The translations under genes were made by a program, and so were the position numbers. This document shows, piece after piece, positions 1-8,336 of a DNA stretch of 42,429 bases. Positions within the stretch are counted from its first letter, which is position 1, and each line of letters begins with the position of its first letter. Location: the IMG/VR virus record IMGVR_UViG_3300037834_000035, positions 1 through 42,429 of that record; one strand, given 5' to 3'. The stretch comes from a virus. Taxonomy: Duplodnaviria; Caudoviricetes. The notes below the pieces were generated by a model. It did no database searches and was not told the origin of the DNA. It saw only the letters and a program-made list of their open reading frames with translations.

Positions 1-1116
1 TCAGGTGTCCGACAGGCGCTTCTTTTCGCTGGGCTTTTCAGGCGCGGCCTCGTCGATTGTGCCGTATGCGTGCCGCAGCTTCCGGCGCAGGTCGGCCCGG
101 GAAGTGTGGGCATAGCGCATCGTCGACTGGATGCTCTCGTGCCCAAGGAGCTCCTTCACGGCGGCCAGGTCTCCAGTGTGGCGGAGGAAGGTGGTAGCCG
201 CGTGGTGCCGCGCATCGTGCGCCGGCCGGGCCCCTGACAGACCGGCCTCGTCCAGGGCGCGATCCGACGCCGACTGGAAGCCGCGGGGCGCGATCGGGCG
301 CAGGGAGCCGTTCTTCATCTCCCGGAACCAGACAGTGTCCACCTCCGCAGCCCGGGCCCTTCCCAAGCGCGCGCGCATGAGCGCAGCGTCCTCGTCGATA
401 AGCGTGACGACGTGCGGCTCGCCGTTCTTCCGGTCCCTCAGGTGCACGTCCATGACGTCGCCGTGGTCGTGGATGGCGTCGAGCGGGAAGAAGGCCTCCC
501 TGAGCCTCACGCCATAGCGGAGCATGAAGTCCAGCACCGGGCGATGCCAGACCGGCAGGCCGGCCCTCCATGCGGCGATCTGGTCGGGGTTGAAAGGATG
601 GTGCCGGCCCTTGGCTTCGGGAAGTCGCAGCTTCCTCCAGGGGATCGCCTTCACCTCGGCCTCGAGGTTCTCCGCTGCATATCGGAGGATCGGCCGGAGC
701 GTGCTGTCGATCATGTCCCGGTTGACCGTCGCGTTGGACGGCACGGCGCCGGTGTCCTTGCGGTTCTTGCCGCGGCGGATGGGCTCCACCCGGCGATCGT
801 TCAGAGCCTGGGTGATCATCCGGGCACCGATCTCTCTGACGAGCGTCGTGCCGGGCACGTGGCGCAGCATGATCTTGATCCGGTCGGCGGTGTCCTGCGC
901 CGACTTGGATCCGACTCGCACGTCTCGGAACCAGATGTCGGCAGCGTCGGCTAGCGTGAGCCTCTGCTGTAGACCTCCCATGAGCGCCCGCCGGTGCTCA
1001 CGCTTCTCGATGACGAGCGCATCTTCCTTGAGCCGCGCGCTGGTCGAGCCGCGGAATCGTTCGCCGCGGACGGTGAAGTCGTACCACCAGATTTCGCCGC
1101 GCTTGAAGACGGACAC
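1..1116 (-). CDS. int: Tyrosine integrase
   Basis: N-terminal arm-binding WWYDFTVRGERFRGST; catalytic R (GVRLRE), K (RKNG), HxxR (HDARH), LLGH, Y (TMRY). GTG start at 1116 preceded by GGAGG. Confidence 0.95.
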   Translation of the reverse strand: MSVFKRGEIWWYDFTVRGERFRGSTSARLKEDALVIEKREHRRALMGGLQQRLTLADAADIWFRDVRVGSKSAQDTADRIKIMLRHVPGTTLVREIGARMITQALNDRRVEPIRRGKNRKDTGAVPSNATVNRDMIDSTLRPILRYAAENLEAEVKAIPWRKLRLPEAKGRHHPFNPDQIAAWRAGLPVWHRPVLDFMLRYGVRLREAFFPLDAIHDHGDVMDVHLRDRKNGEPHVVTLIDEDAALMRARLGRARAAEVDTVWFREMKNGSLRPIAPRGFQSASDRALDEAGLSGARPAHDARHHAATTFLRHTGDLAAVKELLGHESIQSTMRYAHTSRADLRRKLRHAYGTIDEAAPEKPSEKKRLSDT

Positions 1117-1292
1117 GTCAGTGCCTCCAGATAAGCCGTCAGATCGTCCCGACGGACGCGCCACCGCCGCCCGATCTTGCCGGCGCGCAGGGCCCCGCTG
1201 CCGATGATCTCGCGCAGGGCATGCTCGCCGACCTGCAGTTCGGCCATCACTTGGCCGAAGGTCAACACCGCGTTGTCGTTCGCGGCTTTCAT
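951..1292 (-). CDS. xis: Excisionase-like HTH protein with low-complexity C-terminal tail overlapping int
   Basis: LTFGQVMAELQV...GALRAGKIGRRWRVRRDDLTAYL (HTH_17-like), directly upstream of int; ATGA-coupled to previous gene. Confidence 0.8.
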   Translation of the reverse strand: MKAANDNAVLTFGQVMAELQVGEHALREIIGSGALRAGKIGRRWRVRRDDLTAYLEALTCPSSSAAKSGGTTSPSAANDSAARPARGSRKMRSSSRSVSTGGRSWEVYSRGSR

Positions 1293-1693
1293 CTCCAGAT
1301 CCCGCGCCGCGCGCCACGGGCCTCCGCTTCCTCGTCACGGTACTCCCGGCCATAGGTCGGGTCTGCGATCACCAGCCCCTCGCGCACCATCTGACCGCCC
1401 AGGTCGCGGCCGTCGACCGAGCACCGGATCACCAGCCTGTCGTAGCGGTCGACGTCCATGATCTCGCAGCGCGCGCCGTGGGGCGTCAGGGTTCGGGCCC
1501 GCGTCTCCGCCGGCTGGGCATGGCGGCGGTTCTCCGGGAGGCAGGCCCAGATCGTCGGTTGGTTGCGGCACCGGGTGAACGGCGCGGCCTCTGCGGCGTC
1601 CACGCCGTGCAGACGGAAGCGTCGGCCTTCGCAGCGTCCGCTGTCGCCGTCGCTCCAGGTCATAACCGTGCAGATCAGGAAGGTGCCGATCAT
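1289..1693 (-). CDS. Thermonuclease (SNase-like) family protein
   Basis: DGDS, RLHGVDAAE, DRYDRL, MVREGL, ARGARRGIW motifs. Confidence 0.85.
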   Translation of the reverse strand: MIGTFLICTVMTWSDGDSGRCEGRRFRLHGVDAAEAAPFTRCRNQPTIWACLPENRRHAQPAETRARTLTPHGARCEIMDVDRYDRLVIRCSVDGRDLGGQMVREGLVIADPTYGREYRDEEAEARGARRGIWR

Positions 1694-1743
1694 CGCGACA
1701 CCCTATCAGCGGCCGGCGCGGAGAAGGAGACGGGGGCGGTCAT
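1690..1743 (-). CDS. 17-aa mini-ORF (MTAPVSFSAPAADRVSR), possible translational-coupling peptide
   Basis: ATGA overlaps at both ends, exactly bridging the methyltransferase stop and the nuclease start. Confidence 0.45.
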   Translation of the reverse strand: MTAPVSFSAPAADRVSR

Positions 1744-2495
1744 GCTGCGAGCCTTTGGGAGGAGATGGCGGACATGAGTTGGCGGCCGAGGTGTTCCGTG
1801 TAGGCCGGCGGGATGGCCTCGCTCATCCCGTTCAGAGTCGCCCAGTCCATACCCATGGCTTCGGACGCCGCGCCGGCATGTCCGCCCTCCCACACGTCGC
1901 GCGTGCCCCGGCCGCCGTGCTTGGCGGACCGCTTTCGGGCGTGACCGCCATAGACGCCGATGGTCGGCAGATCGGAATGCGCGCACGGGCCGGGCGGCGA
2001 GATCGGGAGGTTCGCCATGAACAGCCGGTGACGGCGCAGCTCGCAGCCCTGCGCCCCGAGCGCGAACATGGTCCCGCAGAGCGTGATGGCCCCCGGCATC
2101 CACGGTTCAGCCCCTTCGACGTTCTCGATGATCCATGGCAGACCTGTGGCCTCCAGAAGGGCCAGCGTGGCCGGGATCAGGTTCGGATGCTCCTTCTTGC
2201 CCGGCGCCCGCATCCGGGTCAGCCCCTGGCAGATCGGGGAGGCGTGGACGGCGTCGAAGTTGGCGGCGATCCATTCCGGGGCGAGGGCCAGAGCGTCGGC
2301 CTGCATGAAGGCGAACGGGTAGCGGGGGCGGGCCACGATGTCGACGCCCGTCACGTCCCAGCCGGCGCGGTCGTAACCGACACCCGCGCCACCCTCGCAG
2401 CAGAACAGGTCTAGCAGACGCGGACGGCGGCCCTCGGTATCACCCTGGCCCCCGGCCGGTGTGGAGCCTGTCAGGGCGGAATGAACCCCCTTCAT
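1740..2495 (-). CDS. Phage C5-cytosine DNA methyltransferase-like protein
   Basis: Motif I LDLFCCEGG, motif IV ASPICQ, motif VI IENV, motif VIII-like RRHRLF, C-terminal EAIPPAY. Confidence 0.85.
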   Translation of the reverse strand: MKGVHSALTGSTPAGGQGDTEGRRPRLLDLFCCEGGAGVGYDRAGWDVTGVDIVARPRYPFAFMQADALALAPEWIAANFDAVHASPICQGLTRMRAPGKKEHPNLIPATLALLEATGLPWIIENVEGAEPWMPGAITLCGTMFALGAQGCELRRHRLFMANLPISPPGPCAHSDLPTIGVYGGHARKRSAKHGGRGTRDVWEGGHAGAASEAMGMDWATLNGMSEAIPPAYTEHLGRQLMSAISSQRLAA

Positions 2496-2941
2496 CCCTT
2501 GTCTCCAGCGGAGAAGCCGTAGCCCTGCAGAATGAGCGGGATGACGTTTCCGTCGCCATCGCCCGGATGCAGGTCATCGGCCAGCAGGACGAGCTCCCGA
2601 AGCCAGTCCCTCGGCACCATGACCATGTCCTCGGGAAGGGCGGGGGCGGGTCCGATGACGCCGAGGGCTTGGACCATATGCTGCCCTGCCGCACGGAATG
2701 CCTCGGCCTCGCTGGCACCCGCGAGGAAAATCCAGACATCCGTTTCAGGGTCGCCCGCGCGCCAAGCCACCGCTTCCCCCGGACTGCGGAGAGCATCGGC
2801 CATCTGTTCCAGAAGGTCGCGGAGGTTGCTTCCCTCGTGCATCCGTTCGGCGTGCGCGCGGGCGCAGGCGATCAGTTCAGGCACGCTCATGTCGTCGCGG
2901 CACAGACCATCACCAGCGGGGGCTTTATCGGTCTGGGTCAT
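2492..2941 (-). CDS. Hypothetical phage protein
   Basis: ATGA-coupled ORF in leftward operon with GGAG RBS. Confidence 0.65.
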   Translation of the reverse strand: MTQTDKAPAGDGLCRDDMSVPELIACARAHAERMHEGSNLRDLLEQMADALRSPGEAVAWRAGDPETDVWIFLAGASEAEAFRAAGQHMVQALGVIGPAPALPEDMVMVPRDWLRELVLLADDLHPGDGDGNVIPLILQGYGFSAGDKG

Positions 2942-3186
2942 GCTCCCGGCTCCTTCTGGTTGTCAGCCGCGCGCGTGCAAGTTATGCACAGCATCTGGTC
3001 GTTCTGGACACTGCACGATCCGTCGAAGATGCTTTTGCCGACGACATATCCGCCGCGAACGGCGTCCTCTGCAAAGTCGAAGATCGACCATCCCGAAGGG
3101 AGATTGCGGGCAGGGTCTAGCCTGACCTCGAACTGCGAGCCGCAGTTATCGCACTCGATCTTGGCTTTGATTGCCTCGACGCTCAT
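2938..3186 (-). CDS. Small Zn-ribbon protein
   Basis: CDNC and CITC pairs; ATGA-coupled. Confidence 0.7.
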   Translation of the reverse strand: MSVEAIKAKIECDNCGSQFEVRLDPARNLPSGWSIFDFAEDAVRGGYVVGKSIFDGSCSVQNDQMLCITCTRAADNQKEPGA

Positions 3187-3199
3187 GCTCCCGGCTCCT
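2938..3199 (-). repeat. 17-bp gene-junction direct repeat (AGGAGCCGGGAGCATGA on minus strand)
   Basis: TCATGCTCCCGGCTCCT at 2938-2954 and 3183-3199, flanking the Zn-ribbon gene. Confidence 0.85.
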
Positions 3200-3968
3200 G
3201 CTTTGCATGGGCGGCGAGGGCTTGGCGGGCGCGCTGACCATGATCCCGCGACAGGCGGATCGTAGGTTCAGGAGCATCGCGCGGGCCGATGGCCGGAACC
3301 GTCCATTCGTTCGCGTAGAACTCGACAGCCTTCCGCAGATCAGCGGCCTCGGCTTCGGCGCGTTCTGCCCGCCTGTTCGCGGCTTCCAGTGCATCGGCGG
3401 CGGACTGGCGGCGGTTCTCTAGCGCGGCCTGAATGATGTCGCAGCGGGCGTTAAGCGAAGCGTGGTTCCAGCCGTAGATTTTTGCCCACTGCTGGCCGTC
3501 CACATACATGCGGCGGTCGTTATCGTTGCTGCTGTCATTCACCCACGTCACTCGATAGGCCACCGTCTCCAGCCCATCCACAGGCAAGGGGGAGGGAGAC
3601 GAGGACTGCTGGGCTGACGGCTGTTCTCTGGCAATGCGGGCTTGGTCAGCACCGATCAGGCTGGCGAGCAGATCAGTCGTTCCGGCCTCCGACTGCTGGG
3701 GCCGCATTTCGTCGTCGGTCATGGCGTTGAAGTCGTGCAGGCGCTGTCGGTATTCCCCCGCCTCCGACTGCTGGGCGGCGGGCTGGGCGAGGCGGCGCGC
3801 AATGTCGGCCACGGTGTCCCCGTTGAGCCGTAGCAATGCCTCGAAGGCGTCGGAGGCGTCGCCCTCGTTCTGGACGTGCGTCAGCCACTCGGCCAGCAAG
3901 TTCAGGGCGTCGGCGGCTTCCGTCACAGGCCGATGCCGCAGCACGGGGGAGGTTGGGGCGGTCATCAA
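3183..3968 (-). CDS. Hypothetical phage protein with QQSEAG repeats and coiled coil
   Basis: Coupled ORF; QQSEAG twice plus QQSS; ends KQEPGA. Confidence 0.65.
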   Translation of the reverse strand: MMTAPTSPVLRHRPVTEAADALNLLAEWLTHVQNEGDASDAFEALLRLNGDTVADIARRLAQPAAQQSEAGEYRQRLHDFNAMTDDEMRPQQSEAGTTDLLASLIGADQARIAREQPSAQQSSSPSPLPVDGLETVAYRVTWVNDSSNDNDRRMYVDGQQWAKIYGWNHASLNARCDIIQAALENRRQSAADALEAANRRAERAEAEAADLRKAVEFYANEWTVPAIGPRDAPEPTIRLSRDHGQRARQALAAHAKQEPGA

Positions 3969-4273
3969 TCAAACTCCGATCTGATCTTCTCTCCCGCCGC
4001 GTTCCAAGCGATGGTGTCGCCGTTGTGCTCCAGCAAAGTCGTGATTTCTTCGGGCTTGCATCCGAACACCTCGGGCATAGGCTCGGCACGAAACTCGCGC
4101 ACGTCGCATCCCGCGATGCTCTTACGAATGCCGAAGCACTGGTTTGCGTAAGTGTAGAACTCTTCCTCTACTGTCTCGCGTGTGAACGCGCCCCAGAAAA
4201 GGGCTTGGCCGAAGCCGTAGTTGATGCGTGCAAAGTTCGTCAGCACCAGCGAGGGAGTGGTCGTATCAGTCAT
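3965..4273 (-). CDS. Hypothetical protein
   Basis: Overlapping-coupled ORF, visibly more AT-rich than its neighbours. Confidence 0.65.
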   Translation of the reverse strand: MTDTTTPSLVLTNFARINYGFGQALFWGAFTRETVEEEFYTYANQCFGIRKSIAGCDVREFRAEPMPEVFGCKPEEITTLLEHNGDTIAWNAAGEKIRSEFD

Positions 4274-4451
4274 GGGGTTTGATCCCTTGATCGTCGCGAG
4301 CGGTTCGACAGGAATCGCAGATGCGAATGTGCCGCCCCCACCATGCGAGCGGACGCTTTTCGTAGCAGTCGTCGCACCGCAGCAAGGATTGCTGGGCTAA
4401 CGTCAGGCCGGTCGGCTCGGCGTCCGTCGGCATGAGGTCTTCACTCGCCAT
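4266..4451 (-). CDS. Small Zn-finger protein
   Basis: CDDC...CDSC; coupled to neighbours. Confidence 0.55.
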   Translation of the reverse strand: MASEDLMPTDAEPTGLTLAQQSLLRCDDCYEKRPLAWWGRHIRICDSCRTARDDQGIKPHD

Positions 4452-4878
4452 TGGAAGTGTCCTTGGGTTGGAGGGCTTGGCGGATGAACTCGACGTGCGA
4501 TTGATCTGCGCCGGGAAACGAGCGGATTGTCAGGTCCGCCTGCACGAGTGCCTCCCGCATCCCCTCTGCCTCACGGGCTAGGTCGCGAACGGCGTAGTCT
4601 GGGACAAGCGTCGTTACCGGACGGGACATCCAATCGAACCTGTCAGGGTTGAGGCCGCACTGGAGAGTTGGCCGAAACAGGTTCGTGAAGGTGATGTTGC
4701 CGTCGTCACCGACCGACTGAACGATCACTATGTCGCCCTTGGTCAAAACGCCGGGATTGTGAAAAGAGCGCCGCGCGCGAAGCACGTCTCCGGCCCGAAC
4801 GCCGAAGACCGTGCGGATCGAAAGCGCCCGCCCCCTCTCCAGCCCGTCCAGATCAACGGATGGTTTGCCCTCGGTCAT
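4441..4878 (-). CDS. Hypothetical protein
   Basis: Start moved to ATG 4878 (MTEGKPS), ATGA-coupled to upstream gene. Confidence 0.6.
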   Translation of the reverse strand: MTEGKPSVDLDGLERGRALSIRTVFGVRAGDVLRARRSFHNPGVLTKGDIVIVQSVGDDGNITFTNLFRPTLQCGLNPDRFDWMSRPVTTLVPDYAVRDLAREAEGMREALVQADLTIRSFPGADQSHVEFIRQALQPKDTSNGE

Positions 4879-5192
4879 GCTGTGTCCTTTGTGCGGAGGG
4901 CCTTCAAAACCGCGATGCAGAGAGCGAGGGGGAGCGTGGCAGCCCCGGCATCGACGAGGCCCACCGCCGCCGTCGCGCCAGCCTTGCCATTCCGGCTGTT
5001 CCAAACGCAGATTTTCGGATCGTCCAGCACCAGCTCTGCCAAGGCCAGAGCAGCGTCTAGGGAGCGGCTTACCGGGGCAGGGAACGTCCAGAAGCCGTCC
5101 GTCTTGCGCCAGTTAACGGCGTCACAAACCGCTGCATCCAGCTCCCGCGATCCCTCTCCCGCTTCTTGTAGGGCTTGGATAAGGTCAGTCAT
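4875..5192 (-). CDS. Phage ABA-sandwich-like domain protein
   Basis: ELDAAV...SRSLDAALAL...TLPLALCIAVLKA pattern; start ATG 5192 with GGAGG RBS. Confidence 0.6.
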   Translation of the reverse strand: MTDLIQALQEAGEGSRELDAAVCDAVNWRKTDGFWTFPAPVSRSLDAALALAELVLDDPKICVWNSRNGKAGATAAVGLVDAGAATLPLALCIAVLKALRTKDTA

Positions 5193-5502
5193 TGCCGACT
5201 TCCTCCCGCTTGCGAGGGAGGTCGCGGGGCTGAACATGACTGACCCGCATTGGCTGGCCGTCGCGGAAGACCCAATACATGACCGGGTGTGCGCGAACGG
5301 TTTCGATCCGCGCATCGTCGAAGTCCTCGCCGAACACCTCGATTTCGTTTGCGTCGAGTTGAGCCTGAACCTTGCGCCGTGCCTCTTCGGCGGTTTCGGC
5401 TGTGACCGTCTCGCGCACCGTCGCGGTGATGCTGACTAATACGTCCCACTCACCAGCATGGTCGTCGCGCTCAAAGGCGCTCAGGTCGATTTCCCCACTC
5501 AT
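5185..5502 (-). CDS. Hypothetical protein
   Basis: Coupled ORF of plausible composition. Confidence 0.65.
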   Translation of the reverse strand: MSGEIDLSAFERDDHAGEWDVLVSITATVRETVTAETAEEARRKVQAQLDANEIEVFGEDFDDARIETVRAHPVMYWVFRDGQPMRVSHVQPRDLPRKREEVGND

Positions 5503-5849
5503 TGTCCGCGAGCCTTTTGAAGAGCGGTGACAGCCCTGCGGATATCCCCCAGCGTCAGCGAGTAATCGGTCGTGCGCCCGAATCTGACGGTGACGGGCGT
5601 TTCGTCCGGGAAGTCCTCAGACCCCTCACTGGCCAGATCAGCGAACGGCTGAGCGGCTTCGGCCAGATCAGGAGCGGCGGCGATCAGGCGGGCGTTGGCT
5701 TCAGCCTCGAAGCGGCCGGGCGTTCCCTCCCACACGGGAACGGTCGTGACTTTCGCGCGCCACTTCGGCCGGTTGGAGGGATAGACCGCGACGCCTGTCT
5801 TCAGGAGGTGAACCTCCCAAGGCCCCTTCGTCCAATCTTCGTTCTTCAT
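5499..5849 (-). CDS. Conserved phage hypothetical protein
   Basis: TKGPW...EANARLIAAAPDL motif common in phage early genes. Confidence 0.75.
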   Translation of the reverse strand: MKNEDWTKGPWEVHLLKTGVAVYPSNRPKWRAKVTTVPVWEGTPGRFEAEANARLIAAAPDLAEAAQPFADLASEGSEDFPDETPVTVRFGRTTDYSLTLGDIRRAVTALQKARGQ

Positions 5850-6190
5850 TGGTCAGATCCTCGGAAAAGGTCGGGCTGTTCGGTGTGGAGGGTGTCGAGC
5901 CAGGCGAACTGCGGAGCCATCTCGCGCTCCCGCCCGGCCCAGCGTTCGCGGGCGTGGATGATGGCGGCGGTCAGGGCTGCGTCACGGTCCGGGTAGTGCC
6001 GGTCGGCGCTGGGCCCGCCGGGAGAGAAGCCCAGCGGCCCGCCGGCTCCCCAGCAATCTCCGCCCCGCTGTTGGTGGCCGAGGGCGAAGAACCAACGCCC
6101 TTCGCGCTCACCCAAGCGGATGCTGGCAATGCAACCGCCCTTGTCCCGGCACTCCAGGTATTCGGACTGTTCGACATCGACGAAGGTCAC
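5846..6190 (-). CDS. Hypothetical protein
   Basis: GTGA/ATGA-coupled ORF. Confidence 0.65.
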   Translation of the reverse strand: MTFVDVEQSEYLECRDKGGCIASIRLGEREGRWFFALGHQQRGGDCWGAGGPLGFSPGGPSADRHYPDRDAALTAAIIHARERWAGREREMAPQFAWLDTLHTEQPDLFRGSDQ

Positions 6191-6630
6191 GGCAGGGCCC
6201 TCGCGCCGGCCACGATCCGCTCACCCGCTTCTGTGTCGCCGCTGACCGCGTACAGCCGCTCGGCAAGGTCCAGCGGGTCGCGGCCCTTGGACTGCCACCA
6301 CGCGCGCTCGTTCATGCCGTGCTGGGCCTCGTGACAGGTCCGGTGCAGGGGAACTGTCCAGGAATCGTCAGGCTTCACCGCCATGCCCGTTGAGGCCTTC
6401 CCCCGCGACAGGTCGGCATAGCGGACGTGGGCCGCGTCACAGGGCGTCCGGAGGCAACCACAGGCGCACGGAAGGCGGCGGATGAAGGCCAGGTGCCCGT
6501 TGTCGCGCACGCGCCCCCGGCTGGCCTTCTCGCTCTTCGGGCGGCCGGCCTTGGCCTGCTTCCGGGCATCCCTCTTGAAGCCGTCGACCTCGGCGATCTT
6601 CTGGCGCTGGGTGGCGTCGAACCGGAGCAT
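6187..6630 (-). CDS. DUF968-like HNH-type Zn-binding nuclease
   Basis: HLAFIRRLPCACG...DAAHVR...KPDDSWTVPLHRTCHEAQH. Confidence 0.75.
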   Translation of the reverse strand: MLRFDATQRQKIAEVDGFKRDARKQAKAGRPKSEKASRGRVRDNGHLAFIRRLPCACGCLRTPCDAAHVRYADLSRGKASTGMAVKPDDSWTVPLHRTCHEAQHGMNERAWWQSKGRDPLDLAERLYAVSGDTEAGERIVAGARALP

Positions 6631-7232
6631 CAGTCGGTCCGATCGCCCGGGAAGTCGTCGTCGGCCTTCGCTGCTGCCGCCTTCAGTTCTGCGTCCAGCG
6701 TCGGTTTCGCCGCGGCCTTCTGGTCACGCGTCAGTCCGTCCCACCACGCGGTGAGTGCGGCCCCGCCCTGCTTCGCGGCTTCACGGCCCGCGGTCAGGAT
6801 CGTCAGTAGGTCTTCGCTCTCGACCGGGTCGGGCTTCTCCGGGGGCAGCGATTTCACCGTGTAGGGCTTGCGGCTCGCCCTAGTGGCCGTCAGAGCCATG
6901 GTGATGTCGCGGTCGATGTCGGACAGGTGCGAGATGCGGATGCCGCCGACGGCGTCGCCGCCGAACTTCACGCTATCGTCGCGGTAGAGCCGCATCCGGC
7001 GCCCGGCGTACTTGGACCCGTCGCCGCCCCAGCAGTGCACCATGACCCGGCGCATCGACTTGCAGGGCTTGTACGGCTTGCCGCTGTCGCCTTCGTAGTG
7101 GACTGCCACCGGCTGGTCGGCCTCGCCGCAGAGCGCGACCTTCGACACGGTGATGGTCAGCGTCCGGCCGATCAGATCGTCGGCGTTCAGCTGGTCGCTC
7201 TTCGGAGCGATCGTCTTCGTCAGGTCGGTCAA
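6630..7232 (-). CDS. Conserved phage protein downstream of exonuclease (candidate annealase/ssDNA-binding partner)
   Basis: TTG start at 7232 with AGGAG RBS, overlapping the YqaJ stop; N-terminus TDLTKTIAPKSDQLNADDLIG; acidic C-terminus DDDFPGDRTD. Confidence 0.7.
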   Translation of the reverse strand: MTDLTKTIAPKSDQLNADDLIGRTLTITVSKVALCGEADQPVAVHYEGDSGKPYKPCKSMRRVMVHCWGGDGSKYAGRRMRLYRDDSVKFGGDAVGGIRISHLSDIDRDITMALTATRASRKPYTVKSLPPEKPDPVESEDLLTILTAGREAAKQGGAALTAWWDGLTRDQKAAAKPTLDAELKAAAAKADDDFPGDRTD

Positions 7233-7975
7233 AGGGTGATCTCCTGTTCCACCCGACGCTCGGTCGGGATCAGCCTCGCGTCCGACCGCAGGACCGCGGC
7301 GAATTCGATCAGCTTGGTGTCGATGCGGTCGTGGAAGGCCGACGCGGCTTCGATGATGGCGGTCTGGATTTCGCGGTCGGGGAAGACGCGGACAGTCGCC
7401 ATCGGCAGCCCAGCCGAGTAGCTGATGAAGTCCAGCCACTTCCGTTTCGAGACCAGCAGGCCGGTCTGGATCTGGAGCATGAATTCGGCAGGCGCCGTCT
7501 TCTTCGTCACGCATTCCAGGATCGTCTCGACGTGGAACTTGTGCCGCCGGGACTTCACCTCGATCAGGCCTTCGTCGCCGACTAGCCCGTCCGGGGAATA
7601 GCCGAGGGTGAAGCCCCACTCGTCGTTGGTGATGAAGCCGCAGTCCTCGACCTGCGCGTAGTGCTGGGCATACGCGGCCTTGGCGTCGATCTCGTCCTCA
7701 TAGCCCCGCAGCATGTCGTCGCCGATGAAGCCCGGCTCCACGAAGCCGACGATCCGCTGGGCCAGAAGGTTGTAAAGGTGGGCCCGCTCCTTCTCGTTCG
7801 CGGCCACCTTCAGCGTCGGCGTCAGGATCAGCTTCATCTCGCTGGCCGTCAGGACGCCGCACCGCATGGCGAACCATTCGGCGCTGCCCTGGGCGACGTT
7901 CGGATGGTGCACGACCCCGTTGGGACCGGGCGCGCGGACGTCGTTGGCCGGCTTGGGTAGCGGGCGGGCGGTCAC
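7229..7975 (-). CDS. YqaJ/lambda-exonuclease family 5'-3' exonuclease
   Basis: QGSAEWFAMRCGVLTASE, YSPDGLVGDEGLIEVK (PD-D/ExK), QIQTGL. Confidence 0.92.
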   Translation of the reverse strand: MTARPLPKPANDVRAPGPNGVVHHPNVAQGSAEWFAMRCGVLTASEMKLILTPTLKVAANEKERAHLYNLLAQRIVGFVEPGFIGDDMLRGYEDEIDAKAAYAQHYAQVEDCGFITNDEWGFTLGYSPDGLVGDEGLIEVKSRRHKFHVETILECVTKKTAPAEFMLQIQTGLLVSKRKWLDFISYSAGLPMATVRVFPDREIQTAIIEAASAFHDRIDTKLIEFAAVLRSDARLIPTERRVEQEITL

Positions 7976-8232
7976 GCGTGCACCGGCATCGGCGGGATGG
8001 CGAACGGCGATGGGAAGTCGATGACCGTGCCGGCCTCGACGGTCCCTTCGTGGTGGTCGATGCGATAGGAGCGGGCCTCACCGGCCAGCATCATCGACCT
8101 GGCACGGCGATAGGCCTTGGTGGTCGCCTCGCATGCGTCCCATGCGGCGTGGCGTTCGGACTGCAGATGGCCGTCGCGGTCGGTCCAGCGCAGGCGCGCG
8201 GTGTGCTTCACGAGTCCTTGGGCGCAGATCAC
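7972..8232 (-). CDS. Hypothetical protein
   Basis: GTGA-coupled at both ends; GGAGG RBS. Confidence 0.65.
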   Translation of the reverse strand: MICAQGLVKHTARLRWTDRDGHLQSERHAAWDACEATTKAYRRARSMMLAGEARSYRIDHHEGTVEAGTVIDFPSPFAIPPMPVHA

Positions 8233-8336
8233 GGGCGGCCTCCGGTCAGGAAGTGGGAGAAGAACATCTCGGTCAGCGCGAGCGCGGCGATCAGGGCTCC
8301 GGCGACGGATGCGAGTGCGCGGGTGCGGCGGCTCAT
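8229..8336 (-). CDS. 35-aa single-TM peptide (MSRRTRALASVAGALIAALALTEMFFSHFLTGGRP)
   Basis: Not in ORF track; ATGA/GTGA overlaps fill the gap exactly; hydrophobic helix after a basic N-terminus. Confidence 0.65.
   Translation of the reverse strand: MSRRTRALASVAGALIAALALTEMFFSHFLTGGRP

Noticed and set aside
1117-1353. N-terminal extension of integrase in the ORF track (450 aa)
   Set aside because: Overlaps xis and the nuclease gene; GGAGG + GTG at 1116 gives a normal integrase N-terminus.
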